Assembly: GCA_951406725.2 (NCBI GenBank)
Contig: OX597835.1
Coordinates: 26,226,001 to 26,290,000 of the forward strand
From: Octopus vulgaris
Lineage: Eukaryota
DNA length: 64,000 nucleotides
Direction: 5' to 3'
The notes beneath the pieces were generated by a model that ran no database searches, was not told the DNA's origin, and saw nothing but the letters and a program-made list of their open reading frames with translations. The position numbers and the translations under genes were made by a program. Position 1 is the stretch's first letter; each line of letters starts with the position of its first letter. Positions 28,002 through 40,788 of the stretch are shown here, piece by piece.

Positions 28002-28048
28002 GAGAGAGAGCCATACAGATAGATAGATAGACAGATAGGTAGATAGGT

Positions 28049-28179
<131 letters not shown>

Positions 28180-28424
28180 TTTAGATAGATCTAAAGTTAG
28201 ACACACACCCAAGTAGATGTGAAGGCAAATCTAGCGAACAGACGCCATGATTGGTCAATTAAACAAACGAGAATGAAATGGTGTGTCAGATGACCAGCGT
28301 CTCAGATGTGAAAGGTCTGTTATAAAGTGGACAATGGACAGAAGGTTAACCATTAGATAGATATTTCCTACATCGAACCAGACATTACAGTAATTTCCCG
28401 CTTGGTCAGATCGATAATTTATCA

Positions 28425-28445
28425 TTATTATTATTATTATTATCA

Positions 28446-28476
<31 letters not shown>

Positions 28477-28830
28477 TGTGATGGTACTGGTGGTTGTTGT
28501 AGTTTTTGTTGTTGTCGTCGTTGTTATTATAATAATAATTATTGTCGTTGTTGTGGTTGTGGTCGTCGTGGTCGTGGCTGTTCTGGTTTTCGTTGCTCTT
28601 CTTCTTCTTCTTCTTCTTCTTCTTCTTCTTCTTCTTCTTCTTCTTCTTCTTCTTCTTCTTCTTCTCCTTCCTCTTCCTTCTCCTCTTCTTCTTCTTCTTC
28701 TTATTATTATTATCATCCGTAGTAGTAGTAGTGGCAGTAATAGTAGCAGCAGCAGTAGTAGTAGTGATGTTAGTAGTGATAGTAGTGGTGGCGGTAGTAG
28801 TTGTAGTATTATTATTATTATTATTATTAT

Positions 28831-28877
<47 letters not shown>

Positions 28878-28884
28878 GTAGTAT

Positions 28885-28928
<44 letters not shown>
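28425..28928. repeat. Compound (ATT)n/(GTT)n/(CTT)n/(AGT)n microsatellite
   Basis: Direct reading. Confidence 0.95.
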
Positions 28929-28929
<1 letters not shown>

Positions 28930-29202
28930 AACATCGAGTATAGATTACTTTATTCAACATGTGTACAATATTCTTGATGCATCAGTTTGTGGGAGTTGAT
29001 CTTATAAGATTATAGGTATGTATGTATGTATATATGTTTACATGCACGCATGCTAGCATTTATATATGTATTATGCTTATGGTGCAAATATATATATACT
29101 TGTGAATCCCTTTATATGTATATATAGATAAATAAATATATATTTATATATATATAATATGCATACGTATGTATATATACAGATATATATATATATATAT
29201 AA

Positions 29203-29697
29203 ATATTAATAGTTATCGCCATACTAATATGGTAGTCTATAAATATAAGACTGATTAGCTCCAAGAGTCCATCGCCTCTAGCTAGCTATTTGACACATGA
29301 ACCTGCGTCCATTACAAACCTTCGAACAGACAGTCAGTAGCGACACCTGCGGGTCTGACTACGCTGCACTGATAAAGGGCAACAACTCTGAAACATGTCT
29401 GCAGATGTCTGACTAGCAAGGTGAAGCGGCTGACCTCCCCTGTTCGAAGGTTTGTAATGGACGCAGGTTCGTGTGTCAAATAGCTAGCTAGAGGCGATGG
29501 CCTCTTGGAGCTATTCAGCGACAGCTTTAGTCTTATATTTATAGACTACCAAACGAGAATGAAATGGTGTGTCAGATGACTAGCGTCTCAGATGTGAAAG
29601 GTCTGTTATAAAATGGACAATGGACAGAAGGTTAACCATTAGATAGATATTTCCTACATCGAACCAGACATTACAGTATGGCGATAACTATTAATAT
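29203..29697. mobile_element. PLE-like inverted-repeat remnant (arms 29203-29329 / 29440-29697) with a central hammerhead and a 129-bp insertion in the right arm
   Basis: The arms are reverse complementary apart from the insertion at 29550-29678 and a short indel. Flanked by (TA)n. Confidence 0.75.
29364..29404 (+). ncRNA. Minimal type I hammerhead motif (G8A substitution)
   Basis: CUGCA CUGAUAA AGGG caacaa CUCU GAAA CAUG UC UGCAG. Stem I is 5 bp, stem II is 4 bp, stem III is the palindrome ACAUGU, and the triplet is GUC. Confidence 0.75.
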
Positions 29698-29781
29698 CCA
29701 CTAACGCTGCCGTAATCTCCTTTAGAGAGACTTAGTAATTTTAATATTTCTATTATATATAAATATATATGCATATATGTA

Positions 29782-29854
<73 letters not shown>

Positions 29855-29874
29855 GCATATATTTATCTATCTAT

Positions 29875-29941
<67 letters not shown>

Positions 29942-29942
29942 C

Positions 29943-29974
<32 letters not shown>

Positions 29975-29975
29975 A

Positions 29976-30019
<44 letters not shown>

Positions 30020-30185
30020 GTATGTATGTATATGTCCATATTTATATATGATCTATACATAAGTATCTATTCATATATAGACAGTCATATATACTTTTAG
30101 GTGTGTGAGTGTATGCGTGTTTCTATGTGTGATTTTGCGTATGTGCGTTTATGTCACGGCATATGAATAGGTCCATTACTCTCAT

Positions 30186-30229
<44 letters not shown>

Positions 30230-30336
30230 GTATATATCTCGACATCTATATGCGTACACAAATACATATGTACATATAAATGTCATCATGTATCTCTCTA
30301 TATATATGTATGTATATATGTATGTATATATGTATG

Positions 30337-30418
<82 letters not shown>

Positions 30419-30654
30419 CATATATATATATATATATACACGTCGTGTGACAGGAATTGCTTTTACCTAAGTACATCTCCCGTTTGTGTATATTAACTCA
30501 GTTCCCTGAGCGTCATCTAATCAACAGGAAGTGATAAATTACAGAACATAATTCTGTATTGCGCTGAGTGATACGATTAAATTCTGCTGTATATGGTATA
30601 TATTGACAGGTAATGGCCAAGTGGTTGTTACGAAGAGTGGTTGTTATGTTAGTC

Positions 30655-31145
30655 GTATTAAGTCTAGGGTATTATAGATGCAGATTATCTAGTGTCGAGC
30701 TAAATCTGAGTTTAGTCTGATCTAGATTAGAACTCATTCTGATCTAAGACTGATCTAAATTCGAACTAATTTAGTATTATGAAAGAATTATCTTTGAGCC
30801 ACGTGATGTAATTTTAGGATAAGTAATAGCTAAGTCTATGCTTATTCTACAGTACGAGAGAGCTAATTCTGAACTAAGTGAGATGTAAGTTTGAACCAAG
30901 TCTGAGCTACGTTTCAGCCAAGTCTAAACTAAGACAGAGCTAAGGTTGCTCTAAGTTTGAGTTGAGTCTAAGTAAAGTCAGAGCTAACTCTAAGCTATGT
31001 CTGTGCTAAGCTTGAACTAAATTTGAACTTTGAGTTAAGAATAAGTAAAGTTTGAACCACCCCTGAGCTATGAGTGATCTAAGACTTGGCTAAGGCAGTG
31101 CAAAATTTTGAAGTTTCAACTAAATTAGTTTAAAGATTGAGCTCA
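30655..31145. repeat. Highly degenerate 11-bp-period tandem array (consensus ~TGAGCTAAGTC)
   Basis: Successive units such as gagctaaatct gagtttagtct gatctagatta...gaaccaagtct gagctacgttt cagccaagtct aaactaagaca gagctaaggtt. Confidence 0.8.
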
Positions 31146-31159
31146 CTCAAATGCGTCTC

Positions 31160-31395
31160 TCTGTTTGTGCTGTGTTTATCCGCCACCTCCTGTTGGCAGC
31201 CAGTGTCGGTATGTTTACGTCCCTTAACCTATCGGTTCGGCAAAACAAAACGATAAAATGTGTATCAGGCTTAAAACAAAAAAACAAAAGCAAAACAAAA
31301 GCATCATAAGTAGTAGAGTCGATTTTTTCGATTAAACCTTTCAAAACGGTACTCCAGCATGATCGCAGTTTAATAACATAAACAAATGAAAGATG
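31160..31395 (+). mobile_element. SINE family 1, degenerate 3' half
   Basis: GTGTCGGTATGTTTACGTCCCTTAAC...CGGTTCGGCAAAAC...CGGTACTCCAGCATGATCGCAG. Confidence 0.7.
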
Positions 31396-32167
31396 AAAGA
31401 AGACACATTGACTAATCGCATTTCTTTCGTCGCCACATAAATATTTCTAGTTAGATTTTTTAGTACACCCTGCACTAAATGGTGATAAAACGTTAACAAT
31501 TATCTCTTTTATTTTTTCTTGCAGATCGCGTCCCCGAGCTACTTGTTTTGTAATCAAATCCAATATTACTAGGTGCGATTCTTGCGTTAATAATTATGAA
31601 GGTTACAGCTTTTCAAACAGGGCGATGCTTTTGGTTTTTTTCTTCTAAATATGAAGTTGTGTAACCAGGTGAGATGTAACAACGGGAAAATAAAACATAA
31701 TTATAAAGTTATCAGTCACGTATTCGGCAAAATTAATCTTTGCCTTTAAGATGATGGAAGAAGAAAATTATTATGAAAAAGAATTGTTGATTGACTACAT
31801 ACAGGTAATTGAACCCGTGGCTATACACCCAATTACGTGATAACCTAATAAGCTACTGCACCACGGCGCCAATTAGAAGGATAGAAATCAAATCAGTGAC
31901 GATCTTTTAGAACTGAGTCTAGCATTGTTAAAACAAAAATGGAAAAACCAAATAAAGAGTAATTTTAGAGGGTTTTTTTTTTAGAGAGTGAAGGGGGTTC
32001 TAGCATCGGTGAATAGTTAAGGATTTCGTTTTGCAACGGGGACGAGGAGGTGGTTACATGTTCGTTCTCATTGCGTGATATTTTGGGTCGATAGATTTTA
32101 TCATTGTGTTCTTTCAATGTAACAGGGTAACTGAACACTTTGTGGCTGAAATGGGTTTAAACAAAAA

Positions 32168-32280
32168 GGTTGTGACTAGTGGAAGGGTTGTGACTGCTGG
32201 AAGGGTTGTGAGTGAGTAGTGGGAGATGGAAGCGTTGTGAGTGAAGTGGAGTACACAGAAGGGTTGTGAGTAATGTGGGG
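32168..32280. repeat. Short minisatellite (GGAAGGGTTGTGA core, ~18-bp unit)
   Basis: Five recurrences of the GTTGTGA core. Confidence 0.7.
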
Positions 32281-32304
32281 ATATATACAAACTTAGTGGG
32301 TAAA

Positions 32305-32503
32305 ACCGAGAGCTGGCAAGATCTTTAATACGTCAGACAAAATATTTAGCGGCATTTCTTCCCGATTTATACGTCATGAGGTGAAATTCCGAGGTCAGCA
32401 TTTCCGTTCATCCATTCGGGGTTGGATAAAGTACTAAAGTTGATGTAATAAACTAAGACACTTCTCTGAATGCTGCTGGCCTTGCGCCAAAATTGGAAAG
32501 ACG

Positions 32504-32568
<65 letters not shown>

Positions 32569-32990
32569 CATCATTATTATTACTAAAGCGGGGAGCTGGC
32601 AGAATCGCTAGCGCGCCGGATGTAATGCTGAGGGACATTTCGCCCGTCGCTACGTTCTGAGTTCAAATTCCACCGAGGTCGTCTTTGCCTGTCATCCTTT
32701 CAGGGTCGATAAGTTAAGTACCAGTCAAGTACTGGGGGTCGATGTGATCAATTGTCCCCCTTCTCCACAAAAATCCACACCTTGTGCCTATAGCAGGAAG
32801 GATTATTATTATTATTTTTACAAAAGCAGCGAGTTAGCAGAATCATAAACGCATCGGTACACTTGCTTAGCCTTTATAGCAGTGAACTGGCATACTTGCT
32901 TGTAGGCCAGACGGAATGCTTAGCGGCATTTCGTCTGTCTCTACGTCCTGAGTTCAAATTCTGCCGAGGTCGACTTCGCTTTTCATGAAG
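32305..32990 (+). mobile_element. Cluster of SINE family 4 copies around an (ATT)n tract (best copy 32584-32805)
   Basis: AAAGCGGGGAGCTGGCAGAATCGCTAGCGCGCCGG...TTCTGAGTTCAAATTCCACCGAGGTCG...AAGTACCAGT. Confidence 0.8.
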
Positions 32991-33330
32991 ACATTTATTG
33001 ATTCATGCGAAAGCGTACCGGTCAAGAATTTGATTAACATAGGTATTTGAAACAGCCTTAGATTAAAATATCTTTGTGTATATATATAACAAATTCGTAT
33101 TCAAGCATAATGTTGATTTGATTGTCCTCCATTTTAACAACACTTAGGAGGATGAAAGTCAATGTCAGCATGAACAGATTTGAACCCAGAACATAATACT
33201 GCAATAATAATAGTACTTTTAAGTTTAGAAGATGACTGAGATGTGTGGTGCCTTGCTGAACCAAGAGGACCTGTCCACCACTGCAAAACTGATACAGGTG
33301 CTGTTATCTATTTCTTTACTAGGAGGGGAA

Positions 33331-33708
33331 GCACTCCGTCGGTTACGACGACGAGGGTTACGGTTGATCCGATCAACAGAACAGCCTGTTCGTGAAATTA
33401 ACGTGTAAGTGGCTGAGCACTCCACAGCCACGTGTACCCTTACCGTAGTTCTCGGGGATATTCAGCGTGACACAGAGAGTGACAAGGCTGGCCCCTTTGA
33501 AATACAGGTACAACAGAAACAGGAAGTAAGAGTGAGAGAAAGTTGTGGTGAAAGAGTACAGCAGGGATCACCACCATCCCTTGCCGGAGCCTCGTGGAGC
33601 TTTAGGTGTTTTCGCTCAATAAACACTCACAACGCCCGGTCTGGGAATCGAAACCGCGATCCTACGACCGCGAGTACGCTGCCCTAGCCACTGGGCCATT
33701 GCGCCTCC
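33331..33708 (-). mobile_element. Full-length SINE family 2 (tRNA-Arg-like head)
   Basis: Minus strand GGAGGCGCAATGGCCCAGTGGCTAGGGCAGCGTACTCGCGGTCGTAGGATCGCGGTTTCGATTCCC has A and B boxes with TCG at the anticodon-like position. 3' stem-loop CGTCG taac CGACG. Confidence 0.88.
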
Positions 33709-33711
33709 ACT

Positions 33712-33895
33712 ATTTCTTTAGTAAACACAGAGAGGACAAACAAGGACAGACAAACGGTTGAAGTCGATTATATCAACCCCAGTGCGTAACTGGTACTTAT
33801 TTAATCGAACCCGAAAGGATGAAAGGCAAAGTCGACCTCGGCGGAATTTGAACTCAGAACGTAGCGGCAGACGAAATACGGCTACGCATTTCGTG
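33712..33895 (-). mobile_element. SINE family 4, 5'-truncated
   Basis: Matches 50432-50620. Confidence 0.85.
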
Positions 33896-34127
33896 CAGCA
33901 TGATTTCTATGACTTCTCCGCCGCCGTCTCCGCCGTCTCCGCCGCCATGTTAGACACTTGTGTTGTATATTGTATTATTTATAAAGTAAATAGAGATATT
34001 ATTCTATACAATGAATCTCTTTGAGATACTTCCTTGAGACCTACAAATATCACAGCTAAGTGAGGCTCCAAGTTTTATATACATAGTGATTATATGTATA
34101 CATAATATTATGTGTATATTTATGTGC

Positions 34128-34193
<66 letters not shown>

Positions 34194-35172
34194 GTATATG
34201 TATGTAAATATGTATAACGCTGTTTTATGCAGAAATCTCAGCTACAAGCTTTCTAAGGAATTTATATCGAAAACAGTTGTATCTATCAGACCGTCTCACT
34301 GCCTGTCTCTCTGTGTATCCCTCTCTCTGTCTGCCTGCCTGTCTGTCTGTCTGCCTGTCTGCCTGTCTGTCTGTCTGTCTGCCTCTTTTTCTCTCTGTAT
34401 ATATATATATATATATACACATACACGCACACAATCACACACACATATACATGTAGTATTCTATGGCGTTGCTAATTCATTTCACTTATATAAAGTGTAT
34501 TTAAAACACTCCATGCCATACACCACACATACACACATACACTCACTCACACGAACAGAAAACTAAATAATATTCACATATACATACATACATACATACA
34601 CACATACATACATACATACACACATACATACATACATACATGCACACACACATACATACATGCATACATACATACATAAACACATACATAAACACATACA
34701 TGCATACATACATAGATACACACATGCATACATACATACATACATAAATAAATATACATACATACATACATACACACATACATACATGCATATACATACA
34801 TACATACATACATACATACATACATACATACATACATACATACATACATACATACATACATACATACATACATACATACATACATACACATGTAAAATAA
34901 ACAGACGTACGATCTTGTTCTGCTTATATCATGCCTGAAAAATCCTTCTGATACGATTTTACACACGATTTCTATGACTTCTCCGCCGCCGTCTCCTCCG
35001 CCATGTTAGACACTTGTGTTTATATTGTATTATTTATAAAGTAAATAGAGATATTATTCTATACAATGTAAATATTAACATTAATAATTTGATCACTTTC
35101 TCCATGGCGGTTATTGAATATTACACTTGTGTTTGCCAACGTGCGCGTGTGTCTGTGTTCGTGTGTATGCAA

Positions 35173-35251
<79 letters not shown>

Positions 35252-35306
35252 TATGTATGTGTATATGTATGTGCGTGTGTATAATATACATATATATATA
35301 TGAGGA

Positions 35307-35610
35307 CCACTCCGTCGGTTATGACGACGAGGGTCCCAGCTGATACGATCAACGAAAATTAACGTGCAACTGGCTGTGTACTACACAGATACATATATCC
35401 TTTACGCAGATTTTAAGGGAGAGTCAGCGTAACACAGAGTGTGGCAGGGCTGGCCCTTTGAATTACAGGTACTACTCATTTTTGCCAGCTGAGTGGACTG
35501 GAGCAATGTGAAATAAAGTGTCTTGCTCAAGGACACAACGCGTCGCCAGGAATTGAACTCACAACATTACGATCGTGAGCCTAATGCGCTAACCACTAAG
35601 CTACACGCCT
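35307..35610 (-). mobile_element. SINE with family 3 head and family 2-type tail
   Basis: Head matches 560-710; tail matches 33331-33510. Confidence 0.85.
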
Positions 35611-35768
35611 TTACACACATACACAGACAGACAGACAGACAGACACACATATAAGTATATATATATAAATATATATATATACTTATATGTATGTCTGTCT
35701 ATCTGTCTGTCTGTCTGTCTGTGTATGTATATATATATATTTAAAAAAGATGTGGAACACGAGTTGTG

Positions 35769-35961
35769 ATATATAAAAAAGGAAATGAAGAAAATGCTGA
35801 CAAAATATTTTAAGTAATTTAAGTAATTTAATTAGGTGAAGTTCTTTTTACCGGTTGCGCACTTGTTATGCTTATCAAAATATATTTTTTAAAGAGAGAT
35901 AGAGTTCCTTTCTGATAGATTTTTTCCTCTTATCTTATTTTGTCAGCATTTTCTTCATTTC

Positions 35962-35970
<9 letters not shown>
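35769..35970. mobile_element. PLE-like inverted-repeat remnant (~35-bp arms) with a decayed minus-strand hammerhead (35846-35880)
   Basis: Arms AAAAGGAAATGAAGAAAATGCTGACAAAATA and its reverse complement. Spacer on the minus strand reads UUGAUAA GCA uaacaag UGC GCAA CCGG UA. Confidence 0.55.
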
Positions 35971-36020
<50 letters not shown>

Positions 36021-36024
36021 ATAA

Positions 36025-36320
36025 ATCTTATTATAAAAGGCAGATTTTATCTGCCTCCCTTTGTCTCTTATAGAAATCTACAATATAGGATTTCTTCAAT
36101 TACAATTTACCTAGCATTTTTAAGAGTAGAATGCATCGGGTCTTGCCAGGTCCACTTTTTAAAATTTCAACCCCAATTAAGCAAAATTTAGAGAAAACTC
36201 ACATTGTGGTGTATTAGTCAAATGCTTTTCTTAGTGTGGGATACAGCACACGCACACGCACACACACAGTGTGCAACGAATAAAGTGAAAGTAATTCACT
36301 GTGTGTGTGTTGACAGGTAG
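36025..36320 (+). mobile_element. Possible Helitron-like 5' end
   Basis: A|TCTTATTATAAAAG start with a short hairpin GGCAGA tttta TCTGCC. No 3' CTAG end found. Confidence 0.35.
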
Positions 36321-36839
36321 ACAATAGAATGCGATGGCGATGGCGATGGCGATGTAATATTTGTTTCTGTCTATGACGCTGATAGATACATGAGTAAAAT
36401 GTATGGGAAGCTAAGAGATAAGAGTGAGTGAAAATGTTCTTGGAAGAGAGTAAATAGCGAGAGAGTGATTTGAGGAAGACTTTACATTAAATAACCGTAG
36501 TGGCCTGTCATATGAAGAGGAATGAGAGGGTACTGGAGGAAATAGGGTGAGTGAGGAAGATGGCCCCTAGCAACCACACCTTTTAAGATAGGGATTTCTA
36601 AGGTAGCCCACGAGCATCGTCACCTCATTCCCTGCTATATTTATAGAAGACACTCACCCATGACACGACCCGGAGGTACCAAACATGAAACACACGTTTT
36701 TCCAAAGCCAACTTAAACTCAGACGTCTCTGCACCTAAAAGCCATTTAACAATTGGACAGACTCTGTTGTTTCTTCCATCGATTAATAAAAATTGTTAGA
36801 ATGAAGGGGCTGTACCCATAACATTTTTCTCGGGATTCC

Positions 36840-37376
36840 GAGACTGATGGTGGAACATGATATGAGAATGCACGACAGTTTCGTTGTTAGACGACAGTTT
36901 GGATATGATTCAAGCTTGCATTGATGTATCGAAGTATCTGCTAATTTGCTCCTAATCCCCGCTGCAAAATGTTCTGTCTCATAATTCCTTCAAGAGAATT
37001 ATGGACCAGACTTCCCCATTTTTAGTTTCTGATATCCTTGTCCCTCGATTATGAACTTATCGTTTACTATGTATGGGGTGCGATTGAGAAAGACACCAAC
37101 CACTCTGCCTGCAACACCAAAGCTAAGGAGGTAGCCTAGATCAAGGCGGTATTCGAAGATCTTCCCAGGGTTATAGTGAGGAACGCATACACCAGGTTCC
37201 GGAGCCTTCTTGCAGCCGTAGTGAAAGTTGAGGCAGCTATTTTGAATAAAGTGTCATCTCTCAGGCATAATAATCTAGTTCATATTTTTCGCAATTTTAA
37301 AATTCCTTCAATTTTAGATGGGATACTGTGTTTTATTTTATTTTAAGCAAACAATCAAAATTAACACGAACACCGT
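36840..37376 (+). mobile_element. maT/Tc1-like transposase remnant
   Basis: YYVWGAIEKDTNHSACNTKA...IKAVFEDLPRVIVRNAYTRFRSLLAAVVKVE, paralogous to the C-terminus at 26540-26720. Confidence 0.75.
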
Positions 37377-37539
37377 ATATGTCCACCATTCATGAAGACA
37401 TATGATCCATTCCACAGACCTTAGCATCATTTCCGTGTATCCAATTGGATTGAGCCGAGTCTTATGTGAAATACACTCAACGATATCACAACCATTTATT
37501 ATTGAACTACGAGAACGGTCGATAGATCTTATAAGAATT

Positions 37540-38071
37540 TCAGTGGCTTCTAAAAAATGATTAAAGTGAAATGAACTAACGGGAAATTATTTGACTAAAG
37601 ATTTTTTCATTAATTTCTGTTTCTCAGAAACTGTACTCATCATTCTATTTTATAGAAACTGATTTTAATGGTCTCCTTGAGGGAACAAGTTGAGGGCATT
37701 TTATTTTATCAAAGAAGTCGGTAAGATTAGATAAAATGTAATACCAATCTGCACTCTGTCAGAAAATTGAGTAAATTTGATTTTTGTTTTTCTTGCGATG
37801 AAAGGAAATAATTTGTTGTTTTTTTATTTAATGAAACTGCTGTAACCCTTCGAAAAATCTTACCATGTAACAACCATCTAGTTTTTGAGTGCAACAATCA
37901 ATTTTTGTATGCAGTTCCTGCAGCGTTGCGAAATTCTGAAAATAATCAAACATCTGTTGAATTGGCTTTAATGAAATTCACGATCTTGATAATAGCATCC
38001 ATATTGACAGACAAATCATGGACCATTTCCTTTGATGTTGGCACCTGTCTTTGAATAATGCAATGTGTTTG

Positions 38072-38136
<65 letters not shown>

Positions 38137-38390
38137 CGCTCTCAGTTGTTTGACTTTTGTGCAAAATCCATTGAGCTTTCCTGTAATGTTAATATCAACT
38201 TTTGTTCACATTACGACAGATACGAAAGTTGTATGGAACGCAATGCAAGTATGGGGATAACTTTTTAAAATTAACTTACATAAGTCGTTCAAAGTTCATA
38301 TAATGATAGAGAAACTCTCTCTATATACAAAGGTATTAGTTAATATGGTCTCCTTCACAACCCAAATTCCTCTGTTGATGAATCCTACTC
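37540..38390 (-). mobile_element. hAT (Charlie/Buster-like) transposase remnant split by (TA)n
   Basis: ITGKLNGFCTKVKQ [TA tract] THCIIQRQ...IIKIVNFIKANS...LLHSKTRWLLHGKIFRR, containing THCxIH, VNFIK and RWL motifs. Confidence 0.8.
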
Positions 38391-38394
38391 CCGA

Positions 38395-39185
38395 ATCCCG
38401 AATCTTCTTTGAAGAAATTCACATGTGCATTGTTGTATCCACTTCTTCACGGCTACTTAATTTCACCATGACTGTATCATCAAATCGTTGTCTCCGAAGA
38501 TTGTTCTTCATTGAATTGATCAGGTGAGGATCAAATTTACTGAATGCCTGATTTGTTGTCAAAGATGCGTTTGGTCCTATATTGTCGTGTGGACTCGGGA
38601 CCGTTTTCATATTCTTCCTCCCAGTGGCTTTTCTAAGTTACTTTTAAATGTTCATGGTACAACCCTGTTTCAGAACACCAAGGAAAAAGACGCCTTTGTC
38701 ATCCCCTAAGCAGTCGCTATAAACTTCTGTGCCGACCGATAGATCTTAAACTTTTTTGGTCTCGGAGAAGAAGTGTGACGCCATTCCATGTACTGAGTTT
38801 TCGTTCCTGGACAATGAAGACACGACAACGATTCATTCTTTGCCGTCAGATCGGAAAAAAGCGCGTTTTATTGGCTTCAAACGCTTCCGGTAGATCAGAG
38901 CAGATTTCTACCTCTACTTCCGGTGTCAACTACTGAGATACCTACCGTTTTCCACCGTCTTCCACCATCTTCTTCAATACACTGTCATCAAAGTCTATTC
39001 CTGTTGGAATCTCACAGAGTTTGACTCATCTATTCACGTGAATAGGTCCATTCGCTGGTGATTTGTTACAGTGGTCGCCGTCGGTGGTCTACCGCTGCCT
39101 GGTTTGTGCTCAATACTGATGTCCCCTTCTTTAAACTTCTTTATCCATCTCTACACATTGCTCCTGCTAATGGTGTCGATACACA
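38395..39185 (-). mobile_element. mariner transposase remnant
   Basis: ISRSNV*RWIKKFKEGDISIEHKPGSGRP (HTH); MEWRHTSSPRPKKFK; HDNIGP; HLINSMKNNLRRQRF. Confidence 0.88.
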
Positions 39186-39399
39186 ACATACATATACACA
39201 TATATAGACATACACAGATTGTAGCCTCCCGTTTATGACGGACAAGACATAATCCTCCTTCGCTAAGAACTTTAGGAACCCATTATTTACCTGCTATGAA
39301 GAATAGAAAGAAGAGTTACAACAGGGGAAGAGTTACTACAGAGAAAGAGTTACTCTAACCATAAATGCAATTTGAACGGCGTATGCCAGTTACTGTAGA

Positions 39400-39645
39400 G
39401 CCTCATCTGAATTTCCAATATTTCATTTGATACATTATTTACATTATTTACACTATTTACATTTGACGGATATTTGTCCTCATCTTTGTTGTTAACACAA
39501 CGTTTCGGCTGATATACCCTCCAGCCTTCATCAAGTGACTTGGGTAAATTTCGAACCTGGGTTCTCATTCCTAAGGTATTTTAATGTAAATAATGTAAAT
39601 AATGTAAATAATGTACATAATTCCCCATCTCTTAAATATAGAACT
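39400..39645 (-). mobile_element. PLE-like terminal remnant bounded by inverted (AATGTAAAT)n 9-mers
   Basis: (TTTACATTA)n at ~39430-39462, (AATGTAAAT)n at ~39583-39615, and a hammerhead between them. Confidence 0.6.
39496..39537 (-). ncRNA. Minimal hammerhead motif (C3U)
   Basis: CAC UUGAUGA a GGCUG gaggguauau CAGCC GAAA CG UU GUG. Confidence 0.7.
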
Positions 39646-40453
39646 CTATTTCATTGGATGTTGCGCATAGCAAAAAGACCGAGCAGAAAATAAAACTAAA
39701 GATTCCCGTAGAATTTATTTACGTAAAATATCGAAAATATCGAACACATTATAACACTTGTACTTGACTTCTGGCGATATTATTTTTCATTTGACTGTAT
39801 CAAAAGCTTGGAGTTTATTATCTTTCGATCGTGCGATCCACTTGATTTTCCATCGAGTCTGCGCTTCAGCATGTCATAAGAAAATGGGTTTGATTTCGAA
39901 TTTAACGCAATATTTTCGCTAGAAACCTTTCATATCCCGCCGACAAAATGAAAGATCCACCACCTGTATGTGTTTTGATAACATTGCAATAATTTCTTCC
40001 ACTATATAAGACAATTATAGGCAAAATGAAGCTGTAATAATATAAAGCCAGCAGGATTTTGCTTCTAATATGAATAGAGAAGTCCTTAAACTGTGGATAA
40101 AATTTTGCTGGATTGTTATTCGTGTTTGAGACATGTTTATTTGAGACCCTTCAGTTTTGATAACTCTAAATTTATGTTTGGTAAAACAAAACACTTTTCT
40201 TTTTACTCGGCGGGATTGCTACTGGAGTACAAAACCATACTTGAAATAAGAAGAATCGAATAGAATATTTCTTTCAATTTTCCTTTTAAGATGAGAATGG
40301 AAGTCCTGCTACGTTAGAATTCCGCTTTAGAAATTTATAGATTATTTTAATTAACATACATGCATACAAACGTACATGCATATGCATGCGTACATATTAC
40401 ATACATAAATATAGACAGATGTACAGGGACAGACAGACGCTCATATACAGGAG

Positions 40454-40486
<33 letters not shown>

Positions 40487-40532
40487 CCCCAAAACACGTG
40501 CATTTAGATATATTTGGATTGATACACTCACA

Positions 40533-40592
<60 letters not shown>

Positions 40593-40674
40593 TACATATA
40601 AAACATATTCGTATATATATATGCATATACATGCATATATGTATGTCTATGTATACATATTTATTTATATATGC

Positions 40675-40715
<41 letters not shown>

Positions 40716-40741
40716 TATTTACGTATGTATATATGTATACA

Positions 40742-40788
<47 letters not shown>

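Noticed and set aside
30655-31145. CRISPR-like or coding interpretation of the periodic array
   Set aside because: There are no identical repeats with unique spacers, the context is eukaryotic, the 11-bp period is not a multiple of 3, and stops are frequent.
33635-33708. tRNA-like sequences (also ~640-710, 54625-54699)
   Set aside because: These are SINE heads. They continue into SINE bodies and lack a proper acceptor stem.
34905-35010. Possible minus-strand coding exon (ATGGCGGAGGAG..., donor GTACGT)
   Set aside because: The ATG frame stops after 10 codons, the acceptor is weak, and no protein is recognisable.
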